64,000 nt of DNA from Eledone cirrhosa (Eukaryota). Location of the stretch: the NCBI GenBank assembly GCA_964016885.1, contig OZ024741.1:30318001-30382000 (forward strand), in the 5' to 3' direction. The notes beneath the pieces are model-generated. The model saw only the letters and a list, made by a program, of their open reading frames with translations, made no database searches and was not told where the DNA came from. The number at the start of each line of letters is the position of its first letter. Within the stretch, counting starts at the first letter, position 1. Shown here piece by piece: positions 12,737-27,474 of the stretch. The position numbers were made by a program, and so were the translations under genes.

Positions 12737-13479
12737 TATATTTGTTTTGCGAGGTTTTTTATATTAAATCATGTGTAGAAACAAATATATTGTTATACTT
12801 GGGGACGTCATATTGTTGTAATGATATTGTAAGAAATAATAACAGAACACACTCAATTTTTGGTTGGCTTTCGCTTCTGCATCTTTTATATCTAAAAGCG
12901 AGCAAAATAGTGCTTAGAAAGCCAAAGTTAAACAGAAAAAATGAATGGAATAACAACAACAACAACCATACCCGAACAAACAATACTAACTTAAGAGAAA
13001 TATAAATAAATAAATAAATAAATAAATAAATATACACACAAGTAGAATAACAACAAACCCATATAAACACACACTAATAAACAAAGAATTCAAAAAGCAA
13101 AACACATATACCAAACGCGAACACACACACCAAACATTATACACATACACAAACGTATGCGCAGAGACGCAGACACAAATAAATAAATAAATAAATAAAA
13201 TAAAATGTCGTAAACAGTACAATACAACACAATAGGAGGAAACATGATAATAGTACCACAGATGATGTTACTGACGTGCAACGAAACAACTTTGCTAGAC
13301 TATATATATATTTATATCTGTATTTTTGACCGTTGGTGAGTCAATGATAAACATTGATGGCCGGATGAATTAACTATGGAGATATAAAATATGCAGAAGC
13401 GAAAACCAACCAAACAGTGTGAGTGTTCTGTTATTATTTCTGGCAATATTATTAAAACAATATGACCCTCCACAAGTAT

Positions 13480-13487
<8 letters not shown>
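12737..13487 (+). mobile_element. PLE family A terminal insertion with inverted arm
   Basis: 12787-12893 is inverted relative to 13380-13487; body begins [12 protein letters not shown]; decayed hammerhead cagatga..gaaac near 13258-13300. Confidence 0.7.
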
Positions 13488-13516
<29 letters not shown>

Positions 13517-13922
13517 AATAAAGATTCATCGAAAAACCACCCTCGGGTGGTTTTATGCTAGCATGTGTAGTGTGTATATTGATATTATACGCAAGTATAT
13601 ATACATGTAGATATGATCAAATAAAATCGTAATTGATAATATACACAGAAATTGAACGAAGACTGCGTTACACTGTCTTATGTAATCAGTAACGTAATCC
13701 ACGATACATTAAAAAAAGACGATATTATATATAAACTGCATTAGGAGAAAATTAGTGACAGAAATATATGAATATTTATTTAAACGATCAATAACCGGAA
13801 GTGTTGACATTTGAAAATGTTAAAGAAGTGAATCTTTAAATAAGTTATAAAATATATTTAATGAGCAGCCACGAAATTTAGTAGATAAATTATGTAATAT
13901 TCATTCATTATTTATTCAAAGT

Positions 13923-14112
13923 GGACGGTGGATTTGCAGTAGGGACAGTGGATTGGCAGTATCGGTAGAGAGTCGGACACGTCCCTTTACGGTCTGAGTT
14001 CAAATCCCGCCGAGTTTAACTTTGCCTTTCATCCTTACGGGGTCGATAAAATAAAGTACCAGTAATACACTGGATAAAATGCTGGCCTTGTGCCAAAAGT
14101 AGAAACAATTAT
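13923..14112 (+). mobile_element. tRNA-derived SINE
   Basis: gtggattggcagtatcggtagag..ctgagttcaaatcccgccgag..ttaactttgcctttcatccttacggggtcgataaaataaagtaccag. Confidence 0.88.
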
Positions 14113-14590
14113 TTATTCAAAGTAATCCAACTTATTTTACTAAGGGGATAACAAATTATAAACCGTACGCAGTTTCGTGCTTCTTACTTTATTATAATTT
14201 AGATATGTGTGTGTGTGTGTGTGTGTTTGTGTGTTTGTGTGTGTGTGTATGTATGTGTATGTGCGTGTGTGTGAGTGTGTGTGTGTGGATGTGTGTGTGT
14301 GTGTGTTTATAGAGAGAGAGGCGGAGGGAGAGCTATGAACCCGTCTGCGATGCCTAGCAGTTTCGGCTTGTCTTTTCTGTAAGACTTTACAAGGGTGTAC
14401 TGGAGTGAAACACCCAGTAGTTCCGTGAAATGCTTCGTCAACAATCACGCCGAAACCGCTTAGTGTCTCAGTCGGATTTAACATCTCTCTACACCCACTC
14501 TACATCTCCCCATGTGTTCAGTACTCCCATGATTTGTGATCTCCCTGGTCTTAGCAATGTAGACTCACTTTCTGTCTCCCTCTCTCTCTA

Positions 14591-14626
<36 letters not shown>

Positions 14627-14711
14627 TCTCTCTCTCAATCTCCCTCTCTCTCTTTCTCTCTGTTTATATATACAGATGTTTACATGTATGTCTGAGTGTA
14701 TATATATATAT

Positions 14712-14784
<73 letters not shown>

Positions 14785-15349
14785 GATGTATATGTGTGTA
14801 TGTGTGTGTATGCGTATGTATACATATTTATTGTTAAACAAGGGAATAGAAAAGCTGTAGTAGTTAATCCTTTCATTCTTTTACGATCGTTTCTGTGAGC
14901 AAAAAATAACATCGTACAGAACGCCTATCCTCAGAAAGAATTGATTCTGAGAATAAACGGTAGCATGGATGTGCTTTTTTTATGTCTAAATGTATAGGTT
15001 GATAAGTGTTATTGATTGGTCTGTACCACGATAAATATGTTTGCCTTCCGAAATTACCGTCTATGAAAGTATTAATTATCTATTACAATTAATCGTATAC
15101 TTTCATTGTTCCTCATTATATGGTTCTGGAGTTTTTGAATAATGAATGATATGTATACAGAAAACATTTCTTCACAAAACAAATTTTGATTCACATCGAT
15201 ATAATCGTGTGACGTAAGAAGCTTTGGAAGGATTATAAATTTTAAATATAACTATCCTAAAGATATGGGGTTCAGTTTCTTGCAGGCACCGCAGTACGTT
15301 TTTTCTGTCTCCGAGGATACTTTATCTGCTTTTGAAAACTCTTATTTAT

Positions 15350-15720
15350 AGACGGCCCTTTACGATTTGAGTTCAGATCCCACCGAGGTTAACTTGGCCT
15401 TTCATCCTTACGGGGTCGATAAAATAAAGCATTAGTATTATACTGAGATAATTGCTGACCTTGTGCCAAAAGTAGAACCAATTATTTATAGTGGTCCTTC
15501 ATGCTCTGAGTTCAAATCCCACCGAGGTTAGCTTTGCCTTTCCTCCTTAAAGAGTCGATAAAATAAAGTACCAGTAACGCACTGAGGTCGATTTTAACGA
15601 CTATGCCTTTCATCCTTACAGGGTCGATGAAATACTATACCAGTAAAACAGTAGGTTAGATTTGATCGATTTTCCCTATCCTCCAAATTGCTGGCCTTTG
15701 GCCTAAATCATAAACTATTA
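15350..15720 (+). mobile_element. Cluster of three partial SINE copies
   Basis: Repeated gagttca.atcccaccgaggt and cctttcatccttac.gggtcgat cores. Confidence 0.82.
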
Positions 15721-16364
15721 CTTTAGTCATTTGTGTTTTGACAACTATTTATATGAACATCTAAATATCTTTCTGTACTGAGGTGAGTATCATATATTGC
15801 TGAAGTGTGAAAACACTAATACTAATATTGAAAATCATACAAATAATGACCTAAATGAAATTAAAGACGAAATTATTAGCTATTAGTAGAGTTTTAAAGA
15901 TTGACTTCCTGTTCAATGAGAAACCAATGGCTTGCTTCATGTATCAATGAACGACAGATTAACATTTTGCGTTTATTAAATTTATAGTGATTAGGTTAGC
16001 AGCAACATTTCGAAATATCTCTTACACCGTTGGTTGTTGTATGGACATTCATAAGCGAATAATTACACATTTTTTCAAAACTGGAGGAAATTAATTATGA
16101 AAGAACAATCAACAACATGAACAACAACAGCAACAACAACAAGGATACCATTATCTGATTCAGACACGGAATCAAAGAATATTTGAGATTGTTCAGAGAT
16201 AGCGTCCGCAAGTGCAATAAATATTATTGATAATATCAATTACCAAGCGTATCTAAAAGGATAGCAATACATATATTTCTGTTAAATTGACAAAACAAAT
16301 AGTGATGGATAATATGCGATTATGATATATATATACATATATATACATGTATATATTTATATAG

Positions 16365-16449
<85 letters not shown>

Positions 16450-16501
16450 TATATACACATATATATATATACATGCAAATACGTAATTATATATATATAA
16501 A

Positions 16502-16537
<36 letters not shown>

Positions 16538-16680
16538 TACGTATTGGCATGTATATGCGTGTATATAAATACATATATATGTATATATATATATGTGTGT
16601 ATATATATCTACATACATATATATATATGTGTATATATATATATACATAAATATATATATAAATGTATATATATATACAC

Positions 16681-16749
<69 letters not shown>

Positions 16750-17089
16750 TTATATCTGCATGTATATCATTTTACATCTGTGTGTGTCTGTATGTTTTGC
16801 GTGTTTTTCTGTGTATGTCTGTGTATGAGATATTGTAATTAATTTATTATGGTTACATATGTAATTATTATATTAATAATTCAATTCAAGTAATGCAGTT
16901 CATAATCGGGAAAATGGTGGGAGGAGAGAAACAAGAGGAGCAGCAGTTTTAGATTATGTTAGTATTTACATACGTGAACAAATTATTTCCACTGAGAAGT
17001 CAACGTGATCTTAAAACACACACAGCAGCCATTACTTTGATTCTATTCCTATACAAATATGTAACAGTCTTCCTTTTTCTTTTACTTGT

Positions 17090-17400
17090 TCTTCGCCTGA
17101 TTATTCCTGTCAGGTTCATTGGACAGAGACCTCAAACACTTCTTCCACCGGGTCCTGTCAGAAGCAACCGTCTCCAACTAATCCGGCTGGAACCCCAAGC
17201 GGGACCAGCCAGGCTCAAGGATGTTATTCAACCATCTTGCTCAGGGACTCTTGTCGGTTGTTCTTTTCCCGTAAAATCTGTCCAGTGATTCTTTCCTGAG
17301 ACATTCTAACCATATGCCCATAAGAGCTGGGATCTCTTAATTCAGAGAAGTACCGGCTCTAGCTTGAGTGACTCTCTGATCTCCGAGCTAACCTTCCTAC
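17090..17400 (-). mobile_element. RTE-like LINE 3' fragment
   Basis: gacattctaacca.atgcc.ata..agctg.g.tctc matches 30995-31090. Confidence 0.55.
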
Positions 17401-17429
17401 ATAAATCCACCATGGTTATTGTTATAGTT

Positions 17430-17670
17430 GCGAATATTGAAGTGTATGACCGTCAAAGACGGCATTGACGTGGACTTCCCTCGAAGGCAACCGGAAAAGA
17501 ACCCGACCGTAGATGACCTGGCGACAGACATTCCAAAGCGACCTAAAAACCATCAACATCGCCGAGCACAAGTGTCAACGATCTGCGGCCAACTAACAGC
17601 GTTGGAGATGATTGGTTCACTTATGTTCCCAATGGAACAAACCGGATTAAGAACTAAGAGGTAATGTCTA
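17430..17670 (+). mobile_element. RTE-like LINE C-terminal remnant
   Basis: Translates as LEGNRKRTRP*MTWRQTFQSDLKTINI, resembling the G.R.RGRP..TW...DLK C-terminus of RTE ORFs. Confidence 0.5.
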
Positions 17671-17867
17671 GTCAACCTTCGGAGATGTACTGCGGATATT
17701 TTCAACGGAACTGCCTCTACTAATAGGAAATGTCGAATAAAAATAAACATTTCTACTTGAAGTTAGAATGCATAAAGATTATCCAAGCTCGAAGCACGTA
17801 CAGAACGAGTAAATAGAAAGTTATATGATAATATCCTCCATATATTTTATATGAAATCACAAATAAT

Positions 17868-18250
17868 GGTTTCTAATTTAGGCCAACAATTTGGGGGAGG
17901 AGAAAGGCGATTAAAACAACCTAGTGCTTTATGTTATCGACTTCGTAACGGTGAAAGGCGAAACCACGGCGGTATTTGAACTTAGAACCTAAAGGGTTAT
18001 ACTTCTATGCTAAATAGCATGGTGTCCGACGCTCTAACGATACTGCCAATCCATCACCCGTATGCTTATTAATTGTGGATTGGCAGTATCGGTAGAGGGT
18101 CAGACGCTATGCTTTCCAGTATAGTTACGTACCTTTACGGTCTGAGTTCAAATCCCGCCGAGGTTGACTTTGCCTTTCATCCTTACGGGGTCGATAAAAT
18201 AAAGTACCAGTAATGTACTGGGTATTTGCAAAAGTAGAAACAATTATTTA
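17868..18250. mobile_element. Two SINE copies head-to-head (17868-18058 minus; 18074-18250 plus)
   Basis: Same SINE consensus in both orientations. Confidence 0.8.
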
Positions 18251-21200
18251 TACAACATTTCCAAAAGACACATACACTAAACGTTTCCACACTCTTAAGG
18301 GTAGAATGAGTTATTGTTATAGTGACAATTTGGATTCTCAGATTACTCACTCTAACCAGATGCTCCTTGCTAAGAAATAATCTGTAACTAGCAAGATATC
18401 ACTATTTTCCAGATCGGGGTATCCTGAAATATTATTACCTTACATTGGATTCACAGTGAATATGTTTAGATTGTTTTACTAACAGCATTAAAACTGGTTT
18501 AGGTCAATAGATAGGAAATAGTAAATCTCAAATTATACCATGTGGCGACCCACAAACAATGGATCTGGAACTGCGTATATATTTCAGAATAGATACGTAA
18601 TCTTATTTGTATAGACTCTCATTCTCTTGTAATATTTACTCATATTCACAAGATTTACTACACGACTTGATAAAGAAGAAATATGTTATATACTTTATAT
18701 ATGTTTGTACGTTCTGCGGGATTTACAGCAACGAAATTTCTTGATTTGTTGTACAACTGTTACGTACATTTAAATTACCCAGTAAGGTATCAGGCGTGAA
18801 TACTATACAAAGACACTTCTTCAGTTGATCCATACACTTCAAACTGGTGAAGAAAATCCCAGACATTAACTTAAATCTCTCGATACCATGATACATTATT
18901 TATGGAAGATAGGTTCTATTTTTCAACAGACTAACTACTGTGTGACAACCACTTCAACACAGCGGCCATCAAATGAATCACACGAACTATACAAAAACAC
19001 AGAAGCACACCCTTTAAATAAATTCTTAAAACGATGAACAACATAAAGTATTTATCAATAAGCTCTAAAAGAATTCAGATATATTAGATTTCACATTTAA
19101 TGAGAGGCAAATAATTTCCAACAACGAATTGTAAGTGGCCCCAAATTAGGATTAAGGGGATCTTGCTTTTATTTACGCTTGACACAAGTGTGTTATTATC
19201 ACGTTATTGAGTCAAATATATCTTTATTCGATGATGTTTAGGAGATTATTCTGCTGATATTTTTTTTATTATATTTCTTTCCAAACTCTATGCGGATGGT
19301 AGCATTTTTAATATTGGAAATGATCTATTTGCCTGCTTTTCTATAGAACTTAAGCTTATCTAGGTTTGAGTATTGACGGCTTTCAAAGCAGTTCAGTATC
19401 TTTATATTTGTGGATATACTCCTAGTTATATATTGAATCCAAAATTATTGGTATTTTTCCCATTGATTCCAGTTTGTGCCACTTGCCATGCTAAAATCAG
19501 GCTGTTCTATATAGTGATATCTAGAAGTTAAATTTCCTGGTTTGACTTATCGATAACGAGTAAAGTAACTCCACGTTATCATCTATCGAAACGTTAAAGT
19601 ATTGAGTCGGGTTTCCTCTCTGAAGACCTCCGGTTGTCCAGCTCTCCTGGGAGTTTCTTACCACTTTTCAAAACAAATCCAAATGATTTATCAGAGTATG
19701 GTGTTGGCATGCATCAAAATATTTATGTTGTATTTAATTGTTTGGTATAATATTCGGTTCTACAGAGCAATGATGATGGTGGCTTTACTTGAATAAACAG
19801 AGAATTGTGTTTGCTATGAATATTGTTAAAGCAGCTGGTAACGGTGTTAGTAGTTAACTTATTAATGTTATTTCAACCGTATTTGATAATTAAAGCGATA
19901 TCGCTTTTTACATGGTTGAATAATCTATATCATGGAATAGTTACATTATCCTCACTGTTATTTAAGACTGACACACGCTTTGCATCTAAGCTTTTAATCT
20001 GTTAGTTTTAGTTTCCCTTCTGTAATTTTCCCTTCGTTGTCGATTTTGTTTAATTTAGTTTTCTGTGATGTACAATACAATTAAGTAGGAATATACCAAA
20101 CTTTAGGGGATTAGACTTGATATTTGATCACATCTCGGCGTCAGAATGTTTCGCTGAGATCCAAGTGTTTTTAATATCGGAATAATACATTTCTTCTTCT
20201 AATAAATTAACAGAAACATTTAAAAATAACTACATTTACTGTAAAATTCGTTATAATCCACGAGTGTCTATTATATGTAAACAAATACCGTAACCGATTC
20301 AAACGACTTCAGCACGGGAGTTACTCCACTAAATTTCTGATGAAATTTAACACAACCATGCCAAAATAAGAAATATTTTCAAATATATTTAAACCTTCTT
20401 TACAAATATCAATAACATCACTAACGGGAGATTAATTTGTAACGGTTTACGGTTTATTAGTGGAATCTATAAAGCAGCAGTCGAGATGATATTTAGTTTC
20501 AGGGTGAGTTCAATTCCCACCGTTATAAGGTTTGCGTTTTATCTTTCCAAATTTTTATTTTATTTATAAAACCGGTCAATATTGAGCAAAAAATCAATAT
20601 CTCACAAGGTTCTAACTTATGCCAAGTTATATTTAATTGGTGTTGCTGTTTAATGTCAAGTCTACCTGGATTAAACAAAACTAAGAGTTACTTATAATGT
20701 ATATTAGGTTGTGCACCAAGCAACCGAAATATACGATACATTCATGCCTGTATATATCACTATAGAAGTAACTGAGAATGCATAACTGCGTACACATTCA
20801 GTATATAGACAACTAAACATGCCAAGTATACACATTTCCCTCTAAACTGAAATAAAAATTATAAATAACATGAATCGATTTTCAGAACCATCTTTGTTCC
20901 CATCAGAAAGAATGTATATGGTGTGAACTAACAGAAGGAAATAGTTAAATGAGGGATTATTAACCTATCAGTAACAGAATAATTATTTATAGTTTAGGGT
21001 AGGATGGTATAATTGTGCTCCTATATCTGTATCAGTACTCGTATCAGTACTCGTTGTATTTGACTCCTGCTCATTTATGTTCTGTAACTTAATGTTTCGC
21101 TTTCAAAGGATCAATAACGTAACTGCCGACTTAAAATACCTGTTGGGATCGCTTTGAGCGAGTAAACCTTTGAAGATGGTGACATATTATGAAGGTAATT

Positions 21201-21449
21201 CAATGAGGAATACACACGAATGCATAAAAGATTACAGACCATCAATTCTCCCCTCCGACGAGAAGATCTACCACCCAATTTGGGGAGGGTGAGATATGTC
21301 TTCTCTCGTGACAATGGGAATAGCTTTCGTTATGTAAAATCTTCCCATTTTGCGTCATTTGTCCCCGTTTGGAGGCACATTTTTTCTTGGTACTCACCCT
21401 TGGGTTTTTAGAAGTTGGAATGTGTGAGATTATAATTTCCTATTATTAT

Positions 21450-21725
21450 TTATAGTTACGTCCCTTTACGTACTGAGTTCAAAACCCGCCGAGGTTAACT
21501 TTGCCTTTCATCCTTAAGGGGTCGATAAAATAAAGTACCAGTAATACACTAGGATAATTGCTGGCCTTGTGCCAAAAGTAGAAACAATTATTTATATTTA
21601 CGATCTGAGTTCAAATCCCGCCGAGGTTAACTTTGCCTTTCATCCTTACGGGGTCGATAAAATAAAGTACCAGTAATGCACTGAATAATTGCTGGCCTTG
21701 TGCCAAAAGGTAGAAACAATTATTT
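21450..21725 (+). mobile_element. Two tandem 5'-truncated SINE copies
   Basis: Two near-consensus ctgagttcaaa.cccgccgaggttaactttgcc...gtagaaacaatt blocks. Confidence 0.88.
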
Positions 21726-22074
21726 ATTTTTTATACAACGATACGGTATGATTTGAAGAGGATTTGGCTGCTATTTGTAACATACCTTTGATACTAACAT
21801 ACATTTTATACATATATAAAAGCCTACTCGTTAGCTAATACTAGGGGTGGTTCAATATTTACTTTTGAGGAGAATTTATGATTCAAACAAATTATGTTTG
21901 AAAGCTTCGATTTACATCCGTTATTAATTACAATTTTTATAAAAAAATTTTATAAATACGCCAATTTATATAATTTATTAAATTGTAATAATTATATAAA
22001 TAATGAAAAAAAGCTGAAGAATTGGTGACGAAGGCAAATCTCGCTGTATAGGAAGGTAAAGGGAAGGACTATAA

Positions 22075-22250
22075 TTAATTGTTTCTACTATTGGCACAAG
22101 GCATTACTGGTACTTTATTTTATCGACCCCGTAAGGATGAAAGGCAAAGTTAACCACGGTGGGATTTGAACTCAGAATGGCAAGGGCCGTAACTCTATGT
22201 GTTAAAGCATGGAGTCCGGCCTCTACCAATACTGTCAATCACCCGCCCGT
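22075..22250 (-). mobile_element. tRNA-derived SINE
   Basis: Reverse complement of the SINE consensus. Confidence 0.85.
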
Positions 22251-23529
22251 ATAGGGAAGGACTATGATTAATGAGAAGAAAATAGGGGAACTAACAAGGA
22301 CTATTAGGCCATAGGATAAAACTACTCTACAAATATCAATAATATCCCTGTGGTTATATATATATATTCTGTTATATATATATATTCTGTCCACGGGGAG
22401 ATTAGTAGCCAAGAGCTAAACTATGCTGTATATATAAACTCGGATACATTGAAGGTTTAATACTGACTTTTCATTTTATCAGTCAACTGTTGCTGTCGTT
22501 AACATCTGTCACTCTTTTAATGGGAGATTAATTTGTAACATTTGACGGTTGATTAGCGGAATCTATAAAGCAGTCGTCAATATGTAATTTGTTTCAGCGT
22601 GAGTTCAATTGCCCGTGAATATCATGTTTTAACGGCTCTGCGAATTCGTTGTGGCTGTGTTACAATGAGTGACATATTCTAGGTCGGTATGTTCGGTGGT
22701 AGTTAAGGCTATGTTGTAACATCACAATAGATCCCAGGAAAAATTATGAAATCGGTTGAAGCAATGACAGGCAGGATAAGGGTTAATAAACATTATTTTG
22801 AGCAGTGTGATGGATTAACAGGATTGCTAGAATAACGAATAAAATACATTTTGTTAGTATTTTATATTTTTTAGTGGTAAACAGAATTTGTTACTCATAA
22901 TCACACAGCCACGGGCGATGAATTGGCTGTGTCGTTAAAACGTGGTATTCGTTCCGGCTCACTGCAGTCGGAGTTCAATTCCCACCAAGGTCAACTTTAT
23001 ATTTCATACTTTCAAGATCGATAAATATAATACCTGTCGAGTTCTGAGGTCAAACCATCTTTATATTTCTTTTTCACTTCTTCTCTATCAGGCTCTCTGT
23101 CCTTCTCAGGAGCATAGCAGATGTCATCAAACCTAGAAAGGAGATGACTCCGTCGAGTTACAAACCTGCCCCTAAAAAGCGCCATGTGAATACGGTCCCA
23201 CTACGACTCCACCGTGAATTATGGTGTAAAGGAAAGAAATAACACAATCCTATGCTCGTTACTTAGTAACGTCTAGATTGTTACAAACATTCCAGCTTTC
23301 GTCTTCAAACCTGAATAAGAACTTTTAAAACCTAATTTGCAACATTGTATCTATGTAACACAATCCTCTGCTCTATGTACGACCTAGCAACGTCTAGACT
23401 AGAGATTTTCAAGCCTTTTAGCCCCCACCTACACCCCTCTCATGGCCACCTAATCCCCTCAGCTCCCTTCATTTCCAGAGAGATATGCCTATACGCAAAT
23501 TGTAAATAATATACAATAAATAAAATAAT

Positions 23530-23900
23530 TAATTTATATATAATAAATAATATAATATAATATATACTATGTATAGATAAATATTATATTTATTTTAATT
23601 TTAATATATTTATATATAGTATATATAGTATTGATATTGAACATATTATAATATCATCTCTACTACCCTCCACTACCCCATTAGTCTCCAGCGTCCCCTG
23701 AATTTTCTCAAAGCCCCCTATTTTAATTGATATATAATAATTAATATAATATATAATATATAGAGATAAATATTATATATTTTTTCTTTTACTATATTTA
23801 TAATATGTATCATTTGATATTTAATATATTGTAATATCATCTCTACTGCCCTCAACTACCCTCTTAGTCTCCAGCGACCCCTGGCTCTTCTCATCGCCAC
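23530..23900. repeat. ~190-bp tandem duplication, possibly inside a hAT-like MITE remnant
   Basis: Two copies of ataaatattata...aatatcatctctact.ccctc.actaccc..ttagtctccagcg.cccctg. Confidence 0.65.
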
Positions 23901-24001
23901 CCGAGAGGTGGTAGCAGCCACTTTGAGAACTAGACTGTTGCAACGATTTCTGATTGGTCTTCCACCCTGACTAAGAACTCTCAAAATCTTATATGCGACA
24001 T

Positions 24002-24820
24002 ATAATAATAATGAAATTATTGTGTACAGTGCTCAGGTGCACTACAACTCATCAAAGGTGCATGTATAGTACATGAAATAATATACAAATGTCAGGGAAG
24101 TGAATAGCGTACAAGTCATGATATACATGTGTGTCTGTGTATGGAGGGGAATATTATGTGTAGTGTTGGCGAATCTCAGGAAGCATGGGCGTTTTAACGG
24201 ATGCAGTGTCTTGACATCTAACAACTGATGCAGGGAGTTTGTTCCATGCTTCAGCAACTCTGAGCGTGCAAAAATGTTTCCGAAAGTCGTGGGAGCTGTG
24301 TTGTTTTCTGACTCTGTTGGCATGCCCACGTATGTTAGACACATGGAAATCAAAAAGGTACTCAGGGTTGTTGTTGGCAAGATGGTTAATAATTTTATGG
24401 GTATTTACCAAGTCAGTTGCCAGACGTCGAGCTTCAATGTATCCATGCCCAAGGAAGCAAGGCGTTCAGAATATGGTAGGTGCCTGATGGAGGGTATTCG
24501 CTTGGTTGCACGTCTCTGTACAGTTTCCAGGCGGTCAATGTTCTGAGCAAGATAGGGGTTCCAGACTGGTGATGCAAATTCTAAGCGTGGTCGCACCATA
24601 GCTATATACTGCTTTAAATAGACAGTTGGAGAGCGGCTGACAAAGGTCTTGCTGAGTGATGCTAAGACACCCTCAGCCTTCTTGACAATTTTAGAGACGT
24701 GCTTCGTCCAACGCAAATCGCTACTGACAGTAGTGTCCAGGTTACTTTCATAAGAATACTTCTTGATATTAGTGTTGTGCAGGGAGTATGTGGATGCTGT
24801 GTTTTTACTCCCAAGATCTG
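24002..24820 (-). mobile_element. CR1-like LINE 3' fragment
   Basis: VRPRLEFASPVWNPYLAQNIDRLETVQRRATK..LPYSERL, RGH and RVAEAWNKLP motifs; short (ATT)n tail. Confidence 0.88.
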
Positions 24821-25065
24821 TAGTGTTCAGGATAGTAACTATAGTAACTATATAATTAATTAAGCAATCAGAGAGTCTTACGTGGGTTCATAACCTAGGA
24901 GAACCGATTGTATTTCTGCTGCATCGTTAATACCCTTGCATGCCGGGGCTAAATCGTTTCCGTTTTCTATTTACGATCAACATTAAAATCAATCGTTTCT
25001 GGTTACTGATAGGAAATCAATATTAATTGGACGGAAATAGATTTTGATAACTTACATAGAGGATG

Positions 25066-26660
25066 AACATACACTTACAGAGTGGCGTGTATAGGAATGA
25101 CCACACAAATTTACATAAAGAACATACACTTACAGAATGGCGTGTATAGGAATGACCTCACAAATTTACATAAAGAACATACACTTACAGAATGGCGTGT
25201 ATAGGAATGACCTCACAAATTTACATAAAGAACATACACTTACAGAATGGCGTGTATAGGAATGACCTCACAAATTTACATAAAGAACATACACTTACAG
25301 AATGGCGTGTATAGGAATGACCTCACAAATTTACATAAAGAACATACACTTACAGAATGGCGTGTATAGGAATGACCTCACAAGTTTACATAAAGAACAT
25401 ATACTTACAGAATGGCGTGTATAGGAATGACCTCACAAATTTACATAAAGAACATACACTTACAGAATGGCGTGTATAGGAATGACCTCACAAGTTTACA
25501 TAAAGAACATATACTTACAGAATGGCGTGTATAGGAATGACCTCACAAATTTACATAAAGAACATACACTTACAGAATGGCGTGTATAGGAATGACCTCA
25601 CAAATTTACATAGAGAACATACACTTACAGAATGGCGTGTATAGGAATGACCACACAAGTTTACATAAAGAACATACACTTACAGAATGGCGTGTATAGG
25701 AATGACCTCACAAGTTTACATAAAGAACATACACTTACAGAATGGCGTGTATAGGAATGACCTCACAAGTTTACATAAAGAACATACACTTACAGAGTGG
25801 CGTGTATAGGAATGACCACACAAATTTACATAAAGAACATACACTTACAGAATGGCGTGTATAGGAATGACCTCACAAGTTTACATAAAGAACATATACT
25901 TACAGAATGGCGTGTATAGGAATGACCTCACAAATTTACATAAAGAACATACACTTACAGAATGGCGTGTATAGGAATGACCTCACAAGTTTACATAAAG
26001 AACATATACTTACAGAATGGCGTGTATAGGAATGACCTCACAAATTTACATAAAGAACATACACTTACAGAATGGCGTGTATAGGAATGACCACACAAAT
26101 TTACATAGAGAACATACACTTACAGAATGGCGTGTATAGGAATGACCACACAAGTTTACATAAAGAACATACACTTACAGAATGGCGTGTATAGGAATGA
26201 CCTCACAAGTTTACATAAAGAACATACACTTACAGAATGGCGTGTATAGGAATGACCTCACAAGTTTACATAAAGAACATACACTTACAGAGTGGCGTGT
26301 ATAGGAATGACCACACAAATTTACATAAAGAACATACACTTACAGAATGGCGTGTATAGGAATGACCTCACAAATTTACATAAAGAACATACACTTACAG
26401 AATGGCGTGTATAGGAATGACCTCACAAGTTTACATAAAGAACATACACTTACAGAATGGCGTGTATAGGAATGACCTCACAAATTTACATAAAGAACAT
26501 ACACTTACAGAATGGCGTGTATAGGAATGACCTCACAAATTTACATAAAGAACATACACTTACAGAATGGCGTGTATAGGAATGACCTCACAAATTTACA
26601 TAAAGAACATACACTTACAGAATGGCGTGTATAGGAATGACCTCACAAATTTACATAAAG
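25066..26660. repeat. Minisatellite, 29 x 55 bp
   Basis: Unit AACATACACTTACAGAATGGCGTGTATAGGAATGACCTCACAAATTTACATAAAG in exact 55-bp phase. Confidence 0.97.
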
Positions 26661-26770
26661 AAGATTATAGGAACGAGAAAGATAAGCTAACAAAATCCGG
26701 ACACTCACATGAAGGCATATATACATAAACACACATACCCGAAGAAACACACAGAAATACACATAGGCAC

Positions 26771-26841
<71 letters not shown>

Positions 26842-27474
26842 AGCACAGAAATACACGTAGGCTCGTATATATATATATATATGCATATACAATAAATACG
26901 CTCACGTAAGGGTATATGTAGGAAAGAGAAAGTTTATAGATATGTAATATCTTCTGTGTGTGTGTGTGGGGGGGGGGTCAGTGTGTGCTTGTATTCATTT
27001 TATGCACACATTAACATCAATATGTATGATAAATACCTAAGTGCAACAGGTGCAGGCAATGCGTTCAATTGCACGGCATGCCAGAATGCCATTCCAAATG
27101 AGAAAAGCATCTTCAGTGTGTATTGACAGTTAATTTTCTCAGACTTGTGAATTAATCATCTGTTGATTGAATATAGATAGAATGATGGGGAGGCAATAGT
27201 AGAGAAGTTGGGCGGTTGAGAGTGAATAGATTATTATTAGAGAAGTCGTATATACAAACACATACACACAGAGGTAGGTAGTTAAATAGATGGATGGGTA
27301 CATAGAGAGATACATAGATAGAGAGAGGGAGAGAGAGAGAGAGAGAGGCAGACAAACAGACGGATTGATAGCTAGCTAAATAGATAGATAGATAGGTAGA
27401 TCGATATATAGATTGATACATAGGTAGGTAGATCTATATATAGACAGATAGATAGATAGAAAGATAGATAGATA

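Noticed and set aside
13794-13803. ETS-type ACCGGAAGTG motif
   Set aside because: Single short motif with no associated exon or transcript evidence
13945-14015. tRNA-like A/B boxes here and in other copies
   Set aside because: These are SINE heads: no full cloverleaf, and always followed by the same core and tail
25066-26660. CRISPR-like array
   Set aside because: Units are contiguous near-identical 55-mers with no unique spacers; eukaryotic context and no cas genes
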